A DNA stretch of 47,243 nt from an uncultured Bacillota bacterium (GCA_946623775.1 CAMORJ010000002.1:1-47243); one strand, 5' to 3'. Shown: positions 18,019 through 27,490, counted from the stretch's first letter. The notes: generated from the sequence alone by a model not told the origin. Program-made: numbers and translations.

Positions 18019-18206
18019 TTCGCGGATGTCCACTCGAATTTGTAGCCGCCAGGCAATGCTACTTTGCCGCCCTTCGCAACGAACATTTTGTATGCCGCGA
18101 CGGTGAGTATGACGACCGTGAATACGACGAGAACCGCCGCCAAGGTCAGCGCCTCGCCCGGCCTTGCGGCTTCGAGTTCGGCTTGAGACATCGGTTTTCC
18201 ATTCAT
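18015..18206 (-). CDS. small membrane protein, 63 aa, one TM helix, unknown function
   Basis: Strong GGAGGTG SD lies 8 nt upstream. The hydrophobic core is LTLAAVLVVFTVVILTVAAY. The stop is coupled to the radC ATG. Confidence 0.6.
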   Translation of the reverse strand: MNGKPMSQAELEAARPGEALTLAAVLVVFTVVILTVAAYKMFVAKGGKVALPGGYKFEWTSAK

Positions 18207-18273
18207 GGCTTTTTCACCTCCTCACTTATTTAATTGGAGAAAAACGGCAAAAAAGGACTCAACTTTTTTTCAG

Positions 18274-18310
18274 AAAAATAAAAAGACCAGAACTGGTCTG
18301 ATCTTTTTTT
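18274..18310 (-). terminator. intrinsic (bidirectional-looking) terminator after valS
   Basis: Hairpin AGACCAG-nn-CTGGTCT is flanked by an A-run on one side and a T-run on the other. On the minus strand it is followed by TTTTTATTTTT. Confidence 0.8.
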
Positions 18311-18324
18311 TCGAGATTTTTTTG

Positions 18325-20904
18325 CTACTTCAAGCCGGCAAGGCGCTGCTTGACGGCTTCGAGCCTCATCTTGTTGGTCTCGAGTTTCGCTTTTTCGGCA
18401 TCCAATTTCTCTTTCGGAGCCTTAGCCAAGAAGCCTGGGTTGGAGAGCATCTTCTCGCCGCGGCTGACCTCGAAGAGCAATTTCTCGAGCTCTTTCTCAA
18501 GGTTCGCGCGAAGCTCATCTTCGTTGACGTCTTCTTCGATGTAGATATCGACTTTGCCGAAGGAGAAGCCTTCCATCTGAGCGGATTCGACCTTTTCGAA
18601 GCGCACCTCTTTCGCGAAGAGGAAGCGGGCGAGGTATTCCTCGATTCCCTTCCAAGGCGACTTCGGGGAGACGATGAGTTTCACGGGAGCGTTCGGCGCG
18701 ATTTTGCGCTCCGCCTTGAATCCGCGCACCGCTTTGATCATCTCCTCCAGCAGTTTGCCGTTTCTTTCGGCGGCAGGAGAATGGAGTGAAGCATCGTATT
18801 CGGGATAGGATTCGAGCATGACCGATTCTTTTGCGCCGGGCAAGGAGAGATAAATCTCTTCCATGACGAATGGGCAATAAGGATAGATGAGCAAGACGAT
18901 GTCTTTGATGACTTTATACAAAGTCGCCTTGACCATGGCCTCATTTTCCTTCTTCGCCATCGAGACTTTGGACATCTCGAGGTAGAAGCTGCAGAAATCG
19001 TCATAGACGAAATCGTACAGGATGCCCGAGGCTGCGCCGAATTGGTATTGCTCCATCTTGGCGGTGACCTTCTTAATCGTGTCTTGGAGCCTCGAAAGGA
19101 TGTATTTCTCAAGGGGGCCCAACGCTTTTTTGTCGATCGGCTCTGGAACATAGCCTTCGCCAAGGGTCATCTCCACATAACGGGCGGCATTCCAGATCTT
19201 GTTTAGGTAATTCTGCGCGGACTGGAGCTTTTCATCCGAATAGCGCATGTCGAGTCCCGGAGTGGAATTCGTGGTGATGAAATACCTAAGCGCGTCGATG
19301 CCGTATTTAGCGATGACGTCGATCGGGTCGATGCCGTTGCCGAGGGATTTGGACATCTTGCGGCCATGCTCATCGCGGATCAAGCCATGGATGACCACCT
19401 TTTGGAATGGGATGCGGTCGGTGAAATGAAGCGACTGGAAGATCATTCTGGACACCCAGAAGAAGATGATGTCGTAGCCCGTGACCAAAACGGAGGTCGG
19501 GAAATAACGGTCGAAATCCTCGGTCTTCTCAGGCCAGCCAAGGGTGGCAAAAGGCCATAGGCCGCTGCTGAACCAAGTGTCCAAGACGTCTTCGTCCTGG
19601 ACATAGAGATTCATATCCGGCTCGGTCTCGCTGACGAGGACTTCCCCCGTTTCCTTATTGTAATAAGCGGGGATGCGATGCCCCCACCACAGCTGGCGGG
19701 AAATGCACCAGTCTTCGCAGGTCGACATCCAGCGGGTCAGGACCTTTTCGAAGCGTTTTGGGAGGAACTCGACTTTCTCAGAGGATTTCTGCTGAGCCAA
19801 AACGCGCTCGGCCAAAGGACGCATTTTGACGAACCATTGCTTGGAAAGCATAGGCTCGACGACGCATCCGCTGCGTTCGGAGTGCCCGACCGAGTGGACG
19901 AATTTCTCAATGTGGTCGAGGTGGCCTTCTTTTTTGATTTTCTCCACCAAGGCCTTGCGGCATTCATAGCGGTCCATGCCCTTGAATTCGCCGGCAAGCT
20001 CATTCATATGCGCGGACTCATCCAATACTTTGATAAGGGGGAATCCGTATTTCTTCGCAAGCGCGAAGTCATTGGGGTCGTGGGCTGGGGTGCACTTCAT
20101 GGCGCCGGTGCCGAAAGAGATATCGACATAGGAATCGCCCATGATGGGAAGGAGCTCGCCATTGGCGGGGTTATAGACTTTCTTGCCGATGAGATGGCGG
20201 TACCTTTCGTCTTTTGGATTGACGAAAACCGCAGTATCTCCAAACATGGTCTCCGGGCGGGTTGTGGCGACGATTAGCTTTTCATCGGAGCCTTCGACTT
20301 CATAGATGAAATAGAAGAATTCGCCTTCGTCGTCTTGGTGGACGACCTCGATGTTGGAAAGAGCCGTGCGGAGCTCCGGATCCCAGTTGATGATGCGCTC
20401 GCCCTGATAGATGAGCCCTTCATTATACAAGGTGACGAAGACGCGCCTAACCGCGGCGGACAGTCCGTCGTCAAGAGTGAATCTTTCATGATTATAGTCG
20501 ACGCTTAGCCCGATTTTGGCCCATTGCTCGTGGATGGTCTTGCCGTATTCGGCTTTCCATTCCCAAGCCTTTTCCAAGAATTTTTCGCGGCCTAAGTCGT
20601 AACGGGAAATGCCTTCCAGGCGAAGCTTCTCTTCGACTTTCGCCTGAGTGGCGATGCCGGCGTGATCCATGCCTGGGACCCAAAGGACATCATAGCCCTT
20701 CATCCTTTTGTAACGGGCGATGATATCGTCCGGGATGGTATCCATAACATGGCCTAAATGCAATTTTCCAGTGACATTCGGCGGAGGAATTACCAAAGAG
20801 AACGGCTGCTTGGTTTTATCCCCGCAGGTGAAATAGCCTTTTTCCACCCAGCCGGCGTATTTCCCTTCTTCGACGGCGATGGGGTCATAGTGTTTGTCTA
20901 ACAT
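18325..20904 (-). CDS. valS: valine--tRNA ligase
   Basis: It has class I motifs (PPPNVTGKLHLGH, KMSKSLGN), an editing domain and a C-terminal coiled coil. The start was set to the ATG at 20904 (MLDKHYDP), which has an AGGAGGAG SD. The ORF-track extension runs into the T-box terminator. Confidence 0.95.
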   Translation of the reverse strand: MLDKHYDPIAVEEGKYAGWVEKGYFTCGDKTKQPFSLVIPPPNVTGKLHLGHVMDTIPDDIIARYKRMKGYDVLWVPGMDHAGIATQAKVEEKLRLEGISRYDLGREKFLEKAWEWKAEYGKTIHEQWAKIGLSVDYNHERFTLDDGLSAAVRRVFVTLYNEGLIYQGERIINWDPELRTALSNIEVVHQDDEGEFFYFIYEVEGSDEKLIVATTRPETMFGDTAVFVNPKDERYRHLIGKKVYNPANGELLPIMGDSYVDISFGTGAMKCTPAHDPNDFALAKKYGFPLIKVLDESAHMNELAGEFKGMDRYECRKALVEKIKKEGHLDHIEKFVHSVGHSERSGCVVEPMLSKQWFVKMRPLAERVLAQQKSSEKVEFLPKRFEKVLTRWMSTCEDWCISRQLWWGHRIPAYYNKETGEVLVSETEPDMNLYVQDEDVLDTWFSSGLWPFATLGWPEKTEDFDRYFPTSVLVTGYDIIFFWVSRMIFQSLHFTDRIPFQKVVIHGLIRDEHGRKMSKSLGNGIDPIDVIAKYGIDALRYFITTNSTPGLDMRYSDEKLQSAQNYLNKIWNAARYVEMTLGEGYVPEPIDKKALGPLEKYILSRLQDTIKKVTAKMEQYQFGAASGILYDFVYDDFCSFYLEMSKVSMAKKENEAMVKATLYKVIKDIVLLIYPYCPFVMEEIYLSLPGAKESVMLESYPEYDASLHSPAAERNGKLLEEMIKAVRGFKAERKIAPNAPVKLIVSPKSPWKGIEEYLARFLFAKEVRFEKVESAQMEGFSFGKVDIYIEEDVNEDELRANLEKELEKLLFEVSRGEKMLSNPGFLAKAPKEKLDAEKAKLETNKMRLEAVKQRLAGLK

Positions 20905-21104
20905 AGGTCTCCTCCTATCTATAAATAGAAAACCGCGCCCAGATTGGGACGCGGCGCGCGGTACCACCCAATTTCCCGCTTCTTTTCGAAGTGGGCACTT
21001 GACCGCTTTAACGCAGCGTTACGATTTCCTCCATGGCGACTCTTGATCTCCCTTCCGGCCTTATCTCACCGTTGGGGGCTCTCTTTACGGGGGAGATTCA
21101 ATCC
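20905..21104 (-). promoter_or_regulatory. T-box leader (tRNA-Val sensing) with terminator/antiterminator
   Basis: The minus strand carries the T-box sequence AATTGGGTGGTACCGCGCG (20973..20955). The terminator is CCGCGTCCCA-ATC-TGGGCGCGG plus TTTTCTATTT (20954..20921). Stem I has AGAGAG and GGTGAGA elements. The specifier-loop candidate is GUC followed by G at 21040..21038. Confidence 0.85.
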
Positions 21105-21110
21105 CTCCAT

Positions 21111-21139
21111 ATCATAGGAACGCGCATATTATGTGCGAA
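21111..21139 (-). promoter_or_regulatory. candidate promoter of the valS leader (TTCGCA-17-TATGAT)
   Basis: Hexamers at 21139..21134 and 21116..21111 place the transcription start at the base of stem I. Confidence 0.4.
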
Positions 21140-21157
21140 CTCGCACGAAAAGGAAAG

Positions 21158-21180
21158 AAAAAAGCGCTCGGGTGAGCGCT
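21158..21180 (-). terminator. intrinsic terminator after engB
   Basis: Minus strand reads AGCGCTC-ACCC-GAGCGCT followed by TTTTTTC, directly abutting the engB stop. Confidence 0.8.
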
Positions 21181-21744
21181 TTAGAGGACGGATGAGATGG
21201 CCAAGCGGATTTTCGCGACCGTTTTGGCGCTGAGATCGGACTCCATATATTGATATAGCCCAAGCTCGTTTGCCCTGACTTTCGCTTTATGGCGCTCCGA
21301 TTGGTTCATCTGGTCGAATTTGGTAAGGACCACAAGCATCTTCACCTTCGTCTGCTGAAGGTATTTGATGAAACGCTTGTCGTCTTCGCCCAAATCGCGC
21401 CTTAGATCAAGCAACAGGACGATAGCCTTTAGGCTAGGTTCCTTGACGTAATCCTCCATCATCTTCGCGAAGTTGATGGTCGATATATTCGCATACAGGG
21501 TTGAGCCATATCCCGGGCTATCGACGAGGTAGAATGACGAATCCACCTCGAAATAGTTCAGGAGTTTGGTCTTGCCTGCCTTTTTGGAGGAGAAAGCGAT
21601 TTTCTGATCCAGCAAGGCGTTGATGAGGGTGCTCTTGCCAACATTGGAACGGCCCACCATCAAAACGGCGGGGAGCTCTTGCTTTGGGCAGGCGCTCAAA
21701 TCGGGGGCAGACGTTACGAAACGCGCTTTGCGGAAGTCGATCAT
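21181..21744 (-). CDS. engB: ribosome biogenesis GTP-binding protein EngB/YsxC
   Basis: 187-aa ORF with G1 motif GRSNVGKSTLINAL. It overlaps the lon stop by 4 bp, matching the lonA-ysxC order of Bacillus. Confidence 0.92.
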   Translation of the reverse strand: MIDFRKARFVTSAPDLSACPKQELPAVLMVGRSNVGKSTLINALLDQKIAFSSKKAGKTKLLNYFEVDSSFYLVDSPGYGSTLYANISTINFAKMMEDYVKEPSLKAIVLLLDLRRDLGEDDKRFIKYLQQTKVKMLVVLTKFDQMNQSERHKAKVRANELGLYQYMESDLSAKTVAKIRLAISSVL

Positions 21745-24092
21745 GCTTTCGATGGCACTAAGGCGATTTGCAAGGCGTCATCGACGGATTTCATGAAGGA
21801 AATCTTGAGGACCTCTTTCACTTCGGCCGGCAATTCGGAGACGTCTTTCTTATTATCGATGGGAACGATGATGTGCTTGATTCCGCTTCTGGCGGCAGCA
21901 AGGGATTTCTCGCGCAGGCCGCCGATGGGCAAGGCTTTGCCGCGGAGCGTGACTTCGCCGGTCATCGCGACATTGGCATCGACCGGGGTGTGGGTGAGGC
22001 AAGAGATGATGGCCGTGGCGATGGCAACGCCAGCGGACGGGCCATCCTTCGGAACGGCTCCCTCAGGAACATGGATATGGATATCGTTGTTCTGGAAGAT
22101 TTCGTCGGCGATTCCGTAGCGGTGCGAGTTCGCGCGGACATAGTCGAGCGCGATCGTCGCGGATTCCTTCATGACGTCGCCGAGCTTTCCGGTCAAGACC
22201 AATCCGCCTTTGCCAGGGAAGTAATTGACTTCGATGGGGAGGATGTCTCCGCCGAATTCGGTATACGCCAATCCGGTAACGACGCCGACTTGGTTCTCTT
22301 TCTCCTTTTTGCTGCCCTCGAACAGCTCAACGCCGAGGAGTTCAATCACCTTTTCAGGGGTGATTTGGACGGGGCGCGGGGTATCGGGGTTGTTAAGGAG
22401 ATCCACCACCACTTTGCGGCACACCGAAGCGATGAGCCTCTCGAGCTGACGGACGCCAGCCTCCATGGAGTAGTGTTCGATGAGCTCTTTGATGGATTCT
22501 TCAGAGAAGCTGATGTCTTCCATCTTCAAGCCATTCGCTTTGACTTGCTTTGGAATCAAGAAGCCGTTGGCGATCTTGATTTTCTCGATTTCGGTATAGG
22601 AAGGAACTTCGATGAGTTCTAACCTATCGCGGAGCGGAGCAGGGACGTTCTCAAGGTAGTTCGCGGTGCAGAGGAACAAGACGTTGGAGAGGTCATAGGG
22701 TTCTTCGAGGTAATTGTCGTTGAACGCGAAATTCTGCTCCGGGTCTAGGACTTCAAGCAACGCCGAGGTCGGGTCGCCGCGGTAGGAAGATCCGCCCACC
22801 TTGTCGATTTCATCGAGCAAGAAGACGGGGTTCACGGTTCCTGCTTTGGTCATGCCCTGGATGATGCGTCCAGGCATGGCGCCGACGTAGGTACGGCGGT
22901 GTCCGCGGATCTCGGCCTCGTCGGAGATGCCGCCGAGCGCGGCTTTGAAGAATTTCCTTCCCAAAGCGCGGGCGATGGATTTTGCCAATGAGGTTTTGCC
23001 GCATCCGGGCGGGCCATAGAAGCAAAGGATCGGGGCTTTGAGGTCTCCGGTCATCTTCTTGACCGCGATGTATTCGACGATCCTCTTCTTGACCTTTTCG
23101 AGGCCGAAATGGTCTTCGTCGAGGACTTCTTGGACGTGCTTCAAATCCTCATCGTCCTCCGTTCTCTCGAACCATGGGCAGGCGAGAACGGTGTCGATGT
23201 AGTTCATGATGAGGCTGGATTCCAAAGAGGATTCCGGCATCATCTCATATCTCTTCAGCTCCGCCTTAACCTTGGTCTTGATGTTCTCGGGATAAGGGTT
23301 GGAGTCGAGTTTTTCGCGGATGGCGTCTTCCGAATGCTCGGAATTGGGGTCTTCGCCGAGTTCCTGGCGAATCGCCTTCATCCTCTCGCGGAGATAGTAC
23401 TCCTTTTGAGACCTTTCCCCCGCTAAGCGGACTTTTTCGTTGATATCCGATTCCAAATCGGAGATCTCCTTGGAGGCGTTTAGCATTTCGAGGAAGAGTT
23501 TCAGTCTCTTGGTGACATCGCTTTCTTCCAAAAGCTGGATTTTCTGTTCCAGCGTGATGGGGAGATAGCCGGCGATGGCGTCGGGCAATCCTTCGGAGGG
23601 GATGCCTCTGCCAAGCTGAGCGACGACGCCCCTCGGGATGAGCTGCCCAAGCTGGGGCGAAGAGGAGATGACGTCGATGATCTGCTTGGTCACCGCGACT
23701 TCTTCTTCGTAGGAGGAATGGACGTATTCCTGGAGTTCGCCTTCAGCGATGAATGCGCCGTCTTCCTGGGTGAAGGAGGAGAGCTTGGCCCTCTTGCTTC
23801 CGACAACGCGGATGCGGACGCTGGTTTCGCCTTGGGCGTAGGAAATCACGCGGCACATCGTGCCGACATGATAGATATCGTCGATGCCCGGCTCATCGAC
23901 GGATTCGACTTTCTGGGAGACGATGAATAAAAGGCTGTTGGTGGAGACGCGCGCCTTCTCAACCGCTGCAACCGAAATCGAACGTCCGACCTCGATTTCC
24001 TCCGACATGGAGGGGAAAACGACGAGGGACCGCGCGATGCACACCGGCAAGCGGATGATTTTGGGCTCATTGGAGCGCGGAGGTTGGTTCAT
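21741..24092 (-). CDS. lon: ATP-dependent protease Lon (LonA type)
   Basis: 783-aa ORF with a LON N-domain, Walker A GPPGCGKTS, and the protease Ser motif PKDGPSAG. Confidence 0.96.
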   Translation of the reverse strand: MNQPPRSNEPKIIRLPVCIARSLVVFPSMSEEIEVGRSISVAAVEKARVSTNSLLFIVSQKVESVDEPGIDDIYHVGTMCRVISYAQGETSVRIRVVGSKRAKLSSFTQEDGAFIAEGELQEYVHSSYEEEVAVTKQIIDVISSSPQLGQLIPRGVVAQLGRGIPSEGLPDAIAGYLPITLEQKIQLLEESDVTKRLKLFLEMLNASKEISDLESDINEKVRLAGERSQKEYYLRERMKAIRQELGEDPNSEHSEDAIREKLDSNPYPENIKTKVKAELKRYEMMPESSLESSLIMNYIDTVLACPWFERTEDDEDLKHVQEVLDEDHFGLEKVKKRIVEYIAVKKMTGDLKAPILCFYGPPGCGKTSLAKSIARALGRKFFKAALGGISDEAEIRGHRRTYVGAMPGRIIQGMTKAGTVNPVFLLDEIDKVGGSSYRGDPTSALLEVLDPEQNFAFNDNYLEEPYDLSNVLFLCTANYLENVPAPLRDRLELIEVPSYTEIEKIKIANGFLIPKQVKANGLKMEDISFSEESIKELIEHYSMEAGVRQLERLIASVCRKVVVDLLNNPDTPRPVQITPEKVIELLGVELFEGSKKEKENQVGVVTGLAYTEFGGDILPIEVNYFPGKGGLVLTGKLGDVMKESATIALDYVRANSHRYGIADEIFQNNDIHIHVPEGAVPKDGPSAGVAIATAIISCLTHTPVDANVAMTGEVTLRGKALPIGGLREKSLAAARSGIKHIIVPIDNKKDVSELPAEVKEVLKISFMKSVDDALQIALVPSKA

Positions 24093-24136
24093 GGGTGTTC
24101 TCCTTTCATAACGAACGGGAGATTATCCCGCCCCCA

Positions 24137-25408
24137 TCAATGATTGTTCTTGATGAGGAATTCGTGAAGCTTGTTCTGATGGAGCTGATCGCGGAAGTTC
24201 TCGAGGTTGCCGAGGGCTTTGCGGACATCTTCGACCTTCATGGAGTACTTCTCCGCGAGTTTGGCGATCTCGACATCGAGTTCGGCATCGGAGACGCCAA
24301 GGTGCTCGACGGCAGAAATCTTCTCGAGAACAAGGTAACGGGTGAGGTTGGCTTTGGCTTCCTCTTTGCCTTTGGCAAGGAGTTCCTCTTCCTTCTGTCC
24401 GGTGATTTCGAGGTATTGCTGGAGGGTCAGGCCGTTCTGCTCGATTTGCTTCTTGAGCTGCTCATGGCGCTGGGCGGCTTCGTTGTCGATGATGGCTTGG
24501 GCGATGGAGACTTTGGAAGCGGCGACGATCATGTCGACGATTTTTCCATAGTATTCGCGCTCAACATCATTGACCTTGCCTTCGAGCAAGACTTTCTTCT
24601 GGTGCTCTTTGAGCTCTTCGACGGTCTTGACGCCTTCGATATTCATGTCGAGGATTGCTTCTTCGCCGAGGACGGGAATCTGCTTTTCCTTGACTTCGTG
24701 GACGTGGACTTTGAACACGGCCGGTTTGCCGGCGAGTTCAGCGACATACTGGGTCGGGAAGGTGACGTTGACGTCCTTGTCTTCGCCTGCCTTCACTCCG
24801 ACTAGGCCATCTTCGAAGCCAGGAACGAAGCTGTTGGAGCCAAGCTCAAGGCTGTACTGGTCGGCTTTGCCGCCTTCGAACGCTTTGCCATCGATGAATC
24901 CTTCGAAATCGATGATGACGGTATCACCGAGTTTGGCTTCGCGATCGACGCTGACCAAAGTGGCAGCGGCTTCGAGGCGCTTGTTGATGGATTCCAAGAC
25001 TTCTTCGTCGGTGACGGAAGGAACGGCCTTCTCGACATGGAGGTCTTTGTACTGTCCAAGCTCGACTTCGGGGAATTTGGTGACGACGAACTTGATGCTG
25101 AGCTCGGTGTCAGAGACTTTGGTGACTTCGACGCTTGGGCGATCGAAGGGTTGGATCTTCTCTTCGGTAAGGACTTGGCCATAGACGCGAGGGAGCAAAT
25201 TCTCGATGGCATCGTTGATGACGCGAGAACCGTCGACGCGGCCGCGGATCATGGCTTCCGGGGCATGTCCGGGACGGAATCCGGGAATGGTGATTTTGGA
25301 GGCCTGCTTCTGGAAGGCCTTCTTCTGGGCTTCCTGCCAGATGTCGGCATCGACATCGACGAGGATTTCGACTTTGCAGTCTTCGAGTTGTTTGATGGTG
25401 TGTTTCAT
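24137..25408 (-). CDS. tig: trigger factor
   Basis: 423 aa from the ATG at 25408 (MKHTIKQLEDCKVE). It has the GFRPGHAP ribosome-binding motif and an FKBP-type PPIase core. AAGGAAAG SD is present. Confidence 0.93.
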   Translation of the reverse strand: MKHTIKQLEDCKVEILVDVDADIWQEAQKKAFQKQASKITIPGFRPGHAPEAMIRGRVDGSRVINDAIENLLPRVYGQVLTEEKIQPFDRPSVEVTKVSDTELSIKFVVTKFPEVELGQYKDLHVEKAVPSVTDEEVLESINKRLEAAATLVSVDREAKLGDTVIIDFEGFIDGKAFEGGKADQYSLELGSNSFVPGFEDGLVGVKAGEDKDVNVTFPTQYVAELAGKPAVFKVHVHEVKEKQIPVLGEEAILDMNIEGVKTVEELKEHQKKVLLEGKVNDVEREYYGKIVDMIVAASKVSIAQAIIDNEAAQRHEQLKKQIEQNGLTLQQYLEITGQKEEELLAKGKEEAKANLTRYLVLEKISAVEHLGVSDAELDVEIAKLAEKYSMKVEDVRKALGNLENFRDQLHQNKLHEFLIKNNH

Positions 25409-25438
25409 GTTTAGTCTTTCCTTGCTGAAAACGATGAT

Positions 25439-25467
25439 ACTATACTCCTCCCTAAGGGAGAAACCAA
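25439..25467 (-). promoter_or_regulatory. candidate tig promoter (TTGGTT-17-TATAGT)
   Basis: Hexamers at 25467..25462 and 25444..25439. The promoter lies inside the ORF-track N-terminal extension of tig, which supports the shorter start. Confidence 0.4.
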
Positions 25468-25502
25468 TTGTTTTGCGCGCAAAAACACGCGCATAAGACA
25501 CT

Positions 25503-26405
25503 TTAGAAGGCCAATGGCGGATTTTTCTGCAGGATATTGATTATGAGAGACCGCGCTTTTTGCGCATCCTCAGGGCAATCTCCGTCCTGGCCAAGGTATG
25601 ACAAAGCCAAGGAAGAAACGGCCTTGGCAATCAACTGAGGGTCCCCGAGATTCGTAAGATCGCGAGGATACAGGGCCAAGGTCGTTTGGTCGAGCAAACC
25701 AAGGGCGATCCCGCGGACGCTTGGGTCGATTGGCTCATTTTCCAAAGCCGCCTTGATGTCCTCGTAAGGGTATCCGACGAAGGGCGGGCGCAGCGAACAC
25801 GGCTGCAAAGAATATTGGCACCCGTGCAACGAGAAATTCCGGATTGCCGCATCCTTGCACGACACCAAGAGCAGCAAAGCGAAAGTCCTGACGTCGGCAT
25901 GGAGCGCATCGCGCTGCAATGTAGCGGCGATCAGGTCGGCATACTGGCTAAGATCCTTGCCTTTCAAAGCATTCAAAGCGCTGAGGACCTTCATTGAATC
26001 GTCGGATTTCAAAAGCAGTTCTTCCAGCTCCTCATCATCCAATTTAGCTGACCCATGCGCTAGTTTTTCGTTGGCGCGGATGTCGTCATTGAGCCCACGA
26101 AGTATTTCTTCGATTTCCTGCGAGACATAGGGGAACGATTCAAATTCTTCTGCGTCTTTGTATGCTTTGTCGAACTCTTTTCTGAGGAACCTCAATTCGA
26201 AGTTCGTGCGAATCGTTGCTTTGGGGTTGAAAGCGAACAAGGCCGAGCGATGGTTTTCCAAAAGCTCCATGGCATCATTCGAGCGGTTTAGGGCAAGCAA
26301 AGCCGAAAGGCGATAGAAAAGCGCTTCGGGCTCTTGGCTCCCTTGGGATAATTCAAGCGCCTTCTCGAACTGGCGCTCCTCAATCAGTTTCTTCAATTCA
26401 TCCAT
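25503..26405 (-). CDS. all-helical, TPR-like hypothetical protein (about 300 aa) immediately upstream of tig
   Basis: 300-aa ORF with a helical-repeat character (LFYRLSALLALNRSNDAMELLE...). In size and position it resembles the uncharacterised Mollicutes-type protein family found next to tig (possibly DUF3196). That assignment is from memory only. Confidence 0.7.
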   Translation of the reverse strand: MDELKKLIEERQFEKALELSQGSQEPEALFYRLSALLALNRSNDAMELLENHRSALFAFNPKATIRTNFELRFLRKEFDKAYKDAEEFESFPYVSQEIEEILRGLNDDIRANEKLAHGSAKLDDEELEELLLKSDDSMKVLSALNALKGKDLSQYADLIAATLQRDALHADVRTFALLLLVSCKDAAIRNFSLHGCQYSLQPCSLRPPFVGYPYEDIKAALENEPIDPSVRGIALGLLDQTTLALYPRDLTNLGDPQLIAKAVSSLALSYLGQDGDCPEDAQKARSLIINILQKNPPLAF

Positions 26406-26489
26406 AATGCCCGAATTCTATCACGTTTCGGTTCAGGAAGGGGATTCCATGCTTTTAATTATCGCACGAACGCGTAAAATAATCCGCGT

Positions 26490-27356
26490 ATGGCTTTAAG
26501 CTTACTCTATCTTGCATTCTCCGCTGGGCTCAGCGTCATGACCTACTTCCTCAGTGGCTTATCCGCTGACATAGTCTTTATTTGGGTTCCTTTCGCATTG
26601 GTTCCGGCGTTTTTCTTGGCCATTTTCCTCCTGCACGCATCCATCTGTTCTATTTTCGGGGCAGTCTATGCCTCTTCGAAAAAGGAATACTACGAACCAC
26701 ATCGTTTCGCGATGTTCATCTTGTCATCGACTTGCCGGATGATCGCTTGGTTCTTCCGCTGCCGCATCATCAAAACCGGCTGGGAGAGGTTGCCCGCAAA
26801 AGGCGATGCGGCGATGATCGTTACGAATCACATCGATTCTTTCGACTACATTTGTCTCCTTTCTCGTTTCGCCGGGCGCAAAGTCGTCGCGGTCAGCAAA
26901 AAAAGCAATGAAAGCATCATCGGTGCCGGCGGCATCATGAAAAGGGCTGGGTATCTTTCCATCATCCAAGGCGATTTAACCCAAGGAAAGCGCATCATCG
27001 ATAAAGCCGGCGAATATCTCCGCGACGGCATCTGCAGCGTATGCATTTCCCCGGAAGGCACCAGAAACAAGAATTACCCGAATCCGATGCTTCTCCCGTT
27101 CCATCCAGGGAGCTTCGAGATGGCCAAATTGGGTCAAAAGCCAATCGTCCTTATCGCATTCCAGAACACCAATTGCGTCTTCAAGCGCTTCCCCTGGAGA
27201 AGAACGAGGGTCTACATGGACGTAGTCGACGTACTGCAATACGACGATTATAAAGATCTCTCCCTCCACGAAATCGCCGACCTCTGCCACGACAAAATGC
27301 TGGCTCATTTGGAAGAGAAAGAGCCCAGGGCTTACCTACATTCCTTCGGCTTATAA
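26490..27356 (+). CDS. 1-acyl-sn-glycerol-3-phosphate acyltransferase-like (PlsC family) membrane protein
   Basis: 288-aa ORF with two N-terminal TM helices, HX4D (TNHIDSFD) and a PEGTR motif. No SD. A TAAAAT box lies 9 nt upstream of the ATG. Confidence 0.8.
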   Translation: MALSLLYLAFSAGLSVMTYFLSGLSADIVFIWVPFALVPAFFLAIFLLHASICSIFGAVYASSKKEYYEPHRFAMFILSSTCRMIAWFFRCRIIKTGWERLPAKGDAAMIVTNHIDSFDYICLLSRFAGRKVVAVSKKSNESIIGAGGIMKRAGYLSIIQGDLTQGKRIIDKAGEYLRDGICSVCISPEGTRNKNYPNPMLLPFHPGSFEMAKLGQKPIVLIAFQNTNCVFKRFPWRRTRVYMDVVDVLQYDDYKDLSLHEIADLCHDKMLAHLEEKEPRAYLHSFGL

Positions 27357-27377
27357 TTTATGTTCATGATAAAAAGA

Positions 27378-27409
27378 AGCGAGACGTGTATGCGTTTTGC
27401 TCCTTTTAT
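27378..27409 (+). terminator. intrinsic terminator after the plsC-like gene (second copy of the recurring hairpin)
   Basis: Plus strand reads AGCGAGACG-TGTATG-CGTTTTGCT, a 9-bp stem including G:U pairs, followed by CCTTTTAT. Confidence 0.65.
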
Positions 27410-27490
27410 CGTTATGGTTGAGTTATTTTGGAAGGTGTTGTTTATGCTCAAATCCTTCTTTTGACCCCATCCCGCGCAGGCAGCGGCCAG

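Noticed and set aside
24116-24130. Small hairpin CGGGA-TAATC-TCCCG between tig and lon.
   Set aside because: The stem is 5 bp and the U-tract is poor (TTCGTTATG), inside a 44-bp gap that also carries the lon SD. At most it is a weak attenuator, and there is not enough evidence to annotate it.
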